A DNA stretch of 64,000 bases from an uncultured Porphyromonadaceae bacterium (GTDB lineage Bacteria > Bacteroidota > Bacteroidia > Bacteroidales > Barnesiellaceae_A). The translations under genes were made by a program, and so were the position numbers. Position 1 is the first letter of the stretch; every line of letters begins with the position of its first letter. The DNA is taken from NCBI GenBank assembly GCA_937891845.1, contig CALATP010000053.1, forward strand, positions 3,709 through 67,708. The letters run 5' to 3'. Below are positions 63,623-64,000 of this stretch, piece by piece. The notes beneath the pieces were generated by a model. It ran no database searches, was not told the DNA's origin, and saw only the letters and a list, made by a program, of their open reading frames with translations.

Positions 63623-64000
63623 ATGGAAGCAAATAAAGAGTCAGACGAGAAATATATGCGGATGGCCTTGCAAGAAGCATATCAGGCAGCCCAAGCAGAT
63701 GAAATACCCGTAGGAGCAGTCGTTGTGTGCAACAATCGCATCATAGCACGGGCACATAATCTCACCGAGACACTATGTGATGTCACTGCACACGCAGAGA
63801 TGCAAGCACTAACCTCGGCAGCCAACAATATGGGGGGAAAATATCTCACCGACTGTACCCTATATGTCACACTCGAGCCCTGTGTAATGTGTGCCGGAGC
63901 AATAGGATGGGCACAAGTAGCACGAGTTGTGTACGGAGCAAGCGACCCACGTCGCGGTTACAGCATTCTCGCACCACAAGCATTACACCCCAAGACACAA
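63623..64000 (+). CDS. tadA: tRNA adenosine(34) deaminase TadA (5' part; runs off the window)
   Basis: ATG at 63623, open to the window end. HAEMQAL and LEPCVMCAGA deaminase zinc motifs. It is not in the ORF track because no stop lies inside the window. Confidence 0.9.
   Translation, partial: MEANKESDEKYMRMALQEAYQAAQADEIPVGAVVVCNNRIIARAHNLTETLCDVTAHAEMQALTSAANNMGGKYLTDCTLYVTLEPCVMCAGAIGWAQVARVVYGASDPRRGYSILAPQALHPKTQ

Noticed and set aside
1-64000. CRISPR arrays, rRNA genes, IS elements/transposases, reverse transcriptase/DGR or retron components.
   Set aside because: No regularly spaced repeats, rRNA-like sequence, DDE/transposase-like ORFs or RT motifs (YxDD) were seen in any listed ORF.

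Overview
The window looks like a Bacteroidota/Bacteroidales chromosomal segment. Supporting signs are TAnnTTTG-type -7 boxes, mostly SD-less start sites, a T9SS C-terminal sorting domain, and the dcw gene order rsmH-ftsL-ftsI-murE-mraY-murD-ftsW-murG-murC-ftsQ-ftsA-ftsZ. It has two very different parts.

(A) Positions 1 to ~11.9 kb form an AT-rich accessory island with every gene on the + strand. It abuts the 3' end of a tRNA(CAT) gene at 11209-11282 (minus strand). Only a HipA-family kinase toxin (99-1358) and a CI-type HTH protein (5071-5535) have recognisable families. The rest are ORFans, small membrane proteins and a small secreted Cys-rich protein. Three of the ORFans (3701-5062, 7747-8811, 8824-10419) share a conserved C-terminal module of about 60-70 aa. 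Two of them are paralogs over about 300 aa, and the third fuses the module to ankyrin repeats. They sit in two tightly packed operon-like modules. This is my best candidate for an undescribed system (an immunity-, defence- or cargo-type gene array), but the function is not deducible from sequence alone.

(B) Positions ~12-64 kb are housekeeping:
- M16 peptidase, dusB, a WG-repeat lipoprotein and the complete dcw cluster
- yqeY-like gene, serS, a Crp/Fnr regulator, a modular T9SS surface protein, YfhO and a TPR lipoprotein
- xerD, aroQ, an O-methyltransferase, rbfA and an FtsX-like permease
- a self-contained lplA-gcvT-gcvH-gcvPA-gcvPB-lpd glycine-cleavage operon
- a SemiSWEET-like protein, rubrerythrin and mtnN-luxS
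- two tandem small OM beta-barrels, a HIT protein, a 5'-nucleotidase and hsp20
- a porin plus Gate-domain membrane protein pair, a GHL10 hydrolase, manA and partial tadA

I saw no CRISPR array, rRNA, transposase or island-associated integrase in the window. All domain calls rest on motif recognition by eye; no database search was run.
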